Below are positions 62,575-64,000 of a stretch of DNA of 64,000 bases, piece after piece (the stretch's first letter is position 1; each line of letters starts with the position of its first letter). The notes beneath the pieces were generated by a model. That model made no database searches and was not told the origin of the DNA. It saw nothing but the letters and a program-made list of their open reading frames with translations. The position numbers and the translations under genes are program-made. Source of the DNA: Nitrosopumilus sp. (lineage in GTDB: Archaea > Thermoproteota > Nitrososphaeria > Nitrososphaerales > Nitrosopumilaceae); contig OZ244651.1 of assembly GCA_965218695.1 (NCBI GenBank), positions 800,001-864,000 of the forward strand, given 5' to 3'.

Positions 62575-62614
62575 GTGCTGCCGCTGCTACTACTACTACT
62601 GCTGCTGCTGCCGC
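62575..62614. repeat. (GCT/ACT)n trinucleotide microsatellite in a divergent intergenic region
   Basis: gtgctgccgctgctactactactactgctgctgctgccgc. Confidence 0.75.
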
Positions 62615-62730
62615 ATTGCAGGATTACTCTTGTGGCCTAGCTGGATCCGTCCGGGATCTTCTGCTCCTTCATACAGAATCCCGCTGCATGTGCACAGTGA
62701 GTTTATCAAGCCCATGCGTCTCACCTGGTC

Positions 62731-63573
62731 ATGCTTGATGGAATGGTTAGGGATCTGGCCATGATAAAACAAGAGTTTGCAGGAGGTTATGACCGGGGGG
62801 CGCACATACAGGAGGTTCTCCCGGCATCGTCATCGAACAGGTTTCCGATCGACGAGGATCACATGAGGCTCCTGCACGACTTTGCCCAAAAGAACCCCAT
62901 CTACACCGGCTCATACGAGCAGACCTTTGCGGGGATTCGGTGCCGTATCTACGAGGGCGACATCAACGAGTACTGGTTGAACAGCATAAAGCACGGTTCC
63001 AGTTGCCAGCCGTTCTACCCCACGTGGATGGCATCGGCGTATCTGATGGCGCTGACTGCACGAGATATGGGATACGGCCACCTGGTGGACATAGGATCCG
63101 GCGACGGCCGCATAGCATTCTGTGGGAAGATACTGGGGCTTGAGGCGCACAGCATTGAGATTGATCAGACGCTGGTGGACCTGCAGGAGACGATTGCCGA
63201 GGCCACCTGCCAGAACTTTAATCCCGAATGTGCAGACGCATTAGAGTACGACTACTCCGGGCTGCATATGGACTGCCCGGCCTTCTTTATCGGCGGACTT
63301 CCGCAGATGGGGGGAGACATTCTGGCAGCAAGCATAGTTGAGAAGATCAGCGGCATGCCGCAGCTCAAAAGGAGTGCAGGACTGGTCCTTGCAGGGACAC
63401 ACTCCCGGAGGCATCTCTCAGGAGACATCAAGGACGGGGGCTGGGGCTCCCTTCTTGACCTGCATGGACTGGAAGTGGTGTATACGGTCTCCCTGCCCAC
63501 CGTCTGGACATTTGACCAGGCATCTGACACCCCCTACATCTACGCCAGGTTCAGGGATGCAGTGCAGTCCTGA
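62731..63573 (+). CDS. class I SAM-dependent methyltransferase-like protein
   Basis: FYPT, LVDIGSGDGRI, SIEID and ADAL motifs. Confidence 0.75.
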   Translation: MLDGMVRDLAMIKQEFAGGYDRGAHIQEVLPASSSNRFPIDEDHMRLLHDFAQKNPIYTGSYEQTFAGIRCRIYEGDINEYWLNSIKHGSSCQPFYPTWMASAYLMALTARDMGYGHLVDIGSGDGRIAFCGKILGLEAHSIEIDQTLVDLQETIAEATCQNFNPECADALEYDYSGLHMDCPAFFIGGLPQMGGDILAASIVEKISGMPQLKRSAGLVLAGTHSRRHLSGDIKDGGWGSLLDLHGLEVVYTVSLPTVWTFDQASDTPYIYARFRDAVQS

Positions 63574-63581
63574 TGCGCATC

Positions 63582-63896
63582 CTATCCCACGTGGAACCTG
63601 TAGTCTCCTTCTTCTGCTACGGCGCACCGCCGCATCCGGACCGTCTGGCCCACTCTTGGTGCCTGTGAGATCTCTGCCATTACCCTTACGGCACCGCCCT
63701 CAAACTCCACCATGCAAAAGTACCTGCCGCCCTGTCCGGAATATTCAAGGACTCTGCCCTCAAAGTCACCCCTTCTAAGCGACACGGGACCCATGCACCG
63801 GCTGCAAGCCTCGGATGCGGGCCAGACCACCCTCTTGCACGCGGCACATTCGGGGATGCAGAACCTGCCCCGTGCCAGCTCGGATTGGAAGCTCAT
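63582..63896 (-). CDS. DUF35 zinc-ribbon/OB-fold protein
   Basis: CAAC..WP..CSRC; ATGA overlap with the thiolase stop codon. Confidence 0.88.
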   Translation of the reverse strand: MSFQSELARGRFCIPECAACKRVVWPASEACSRCMGPVSLRRGDFEGRVLEYSGQGGRYFCMVEFEGGAVRVMAEISQAPRVGQTVRMRRCAVAEEGDYRFHVG

Positions 63897-64000
63897 CCCT
63901 TCTCCAGCACCAGCACCGTCGATGACGTCGCAGCAGCCGACATGTTATGGACCAGCCCAATGCGTGCATCATCAACCTGCCTGGGTCCTGCCCTTGCCTG
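63893..64000 (-). CDS. thiolase-family protein, C-terminus (partial)
   Basis: Manual translation gives RQVDDARIGLVHNMSAAATSSTVLVLEKG*; typical thiolase-DUF35 pairing. Confidence 0.85.
   Translation of the reverse strand, partial: QARAGPRQVDDARIGLVHNMSAAATSSTVLVLEKG

Overview
This is an archaeal chromosome segment whose core genes look thaumarchaeal (Nitrosopumilaceae/Cenarchaeum-like; the taxon is inferred from gene content). It contains the end of a ribosomal protein operon (L24-S4e-L5-S14-S8-L6), tRNA-Asn, tRNA-Phe, purC, livHM, pduO, rpoK, pyrG, dys and hjc. From about 6 to 37 kb it is packed with insertion sequences (IS5, IS481, IS66, IS630; nested in two places), and many of their termini and target-site duplications (TSDs) can be read directly. 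Main observations: (1) a tnpB gene with an intact RuvC triad and no TnpA fills a 1.33-kb element bounded by IS6-like GG..CTGT terminal inverted repeats (TIRs) and an 8-bp TSD, and its probable guide falls on its own TIR. (2) A short DprA gene paired with a phosphoribosyltransferase gene (ShosTA / DprA-PRTase-like defence module) has only the PRTase disrupted, by two IS630 insertions plus a nested IS66. (3) A giant Ig-repeat/LVIVD-repeat surface protein of about 1770 aa is split by two IS5-family elements and reassembles in frame. (4) A recurrent 22-bp perfect palindrome is present, and one variant copy was the target of an IS66.
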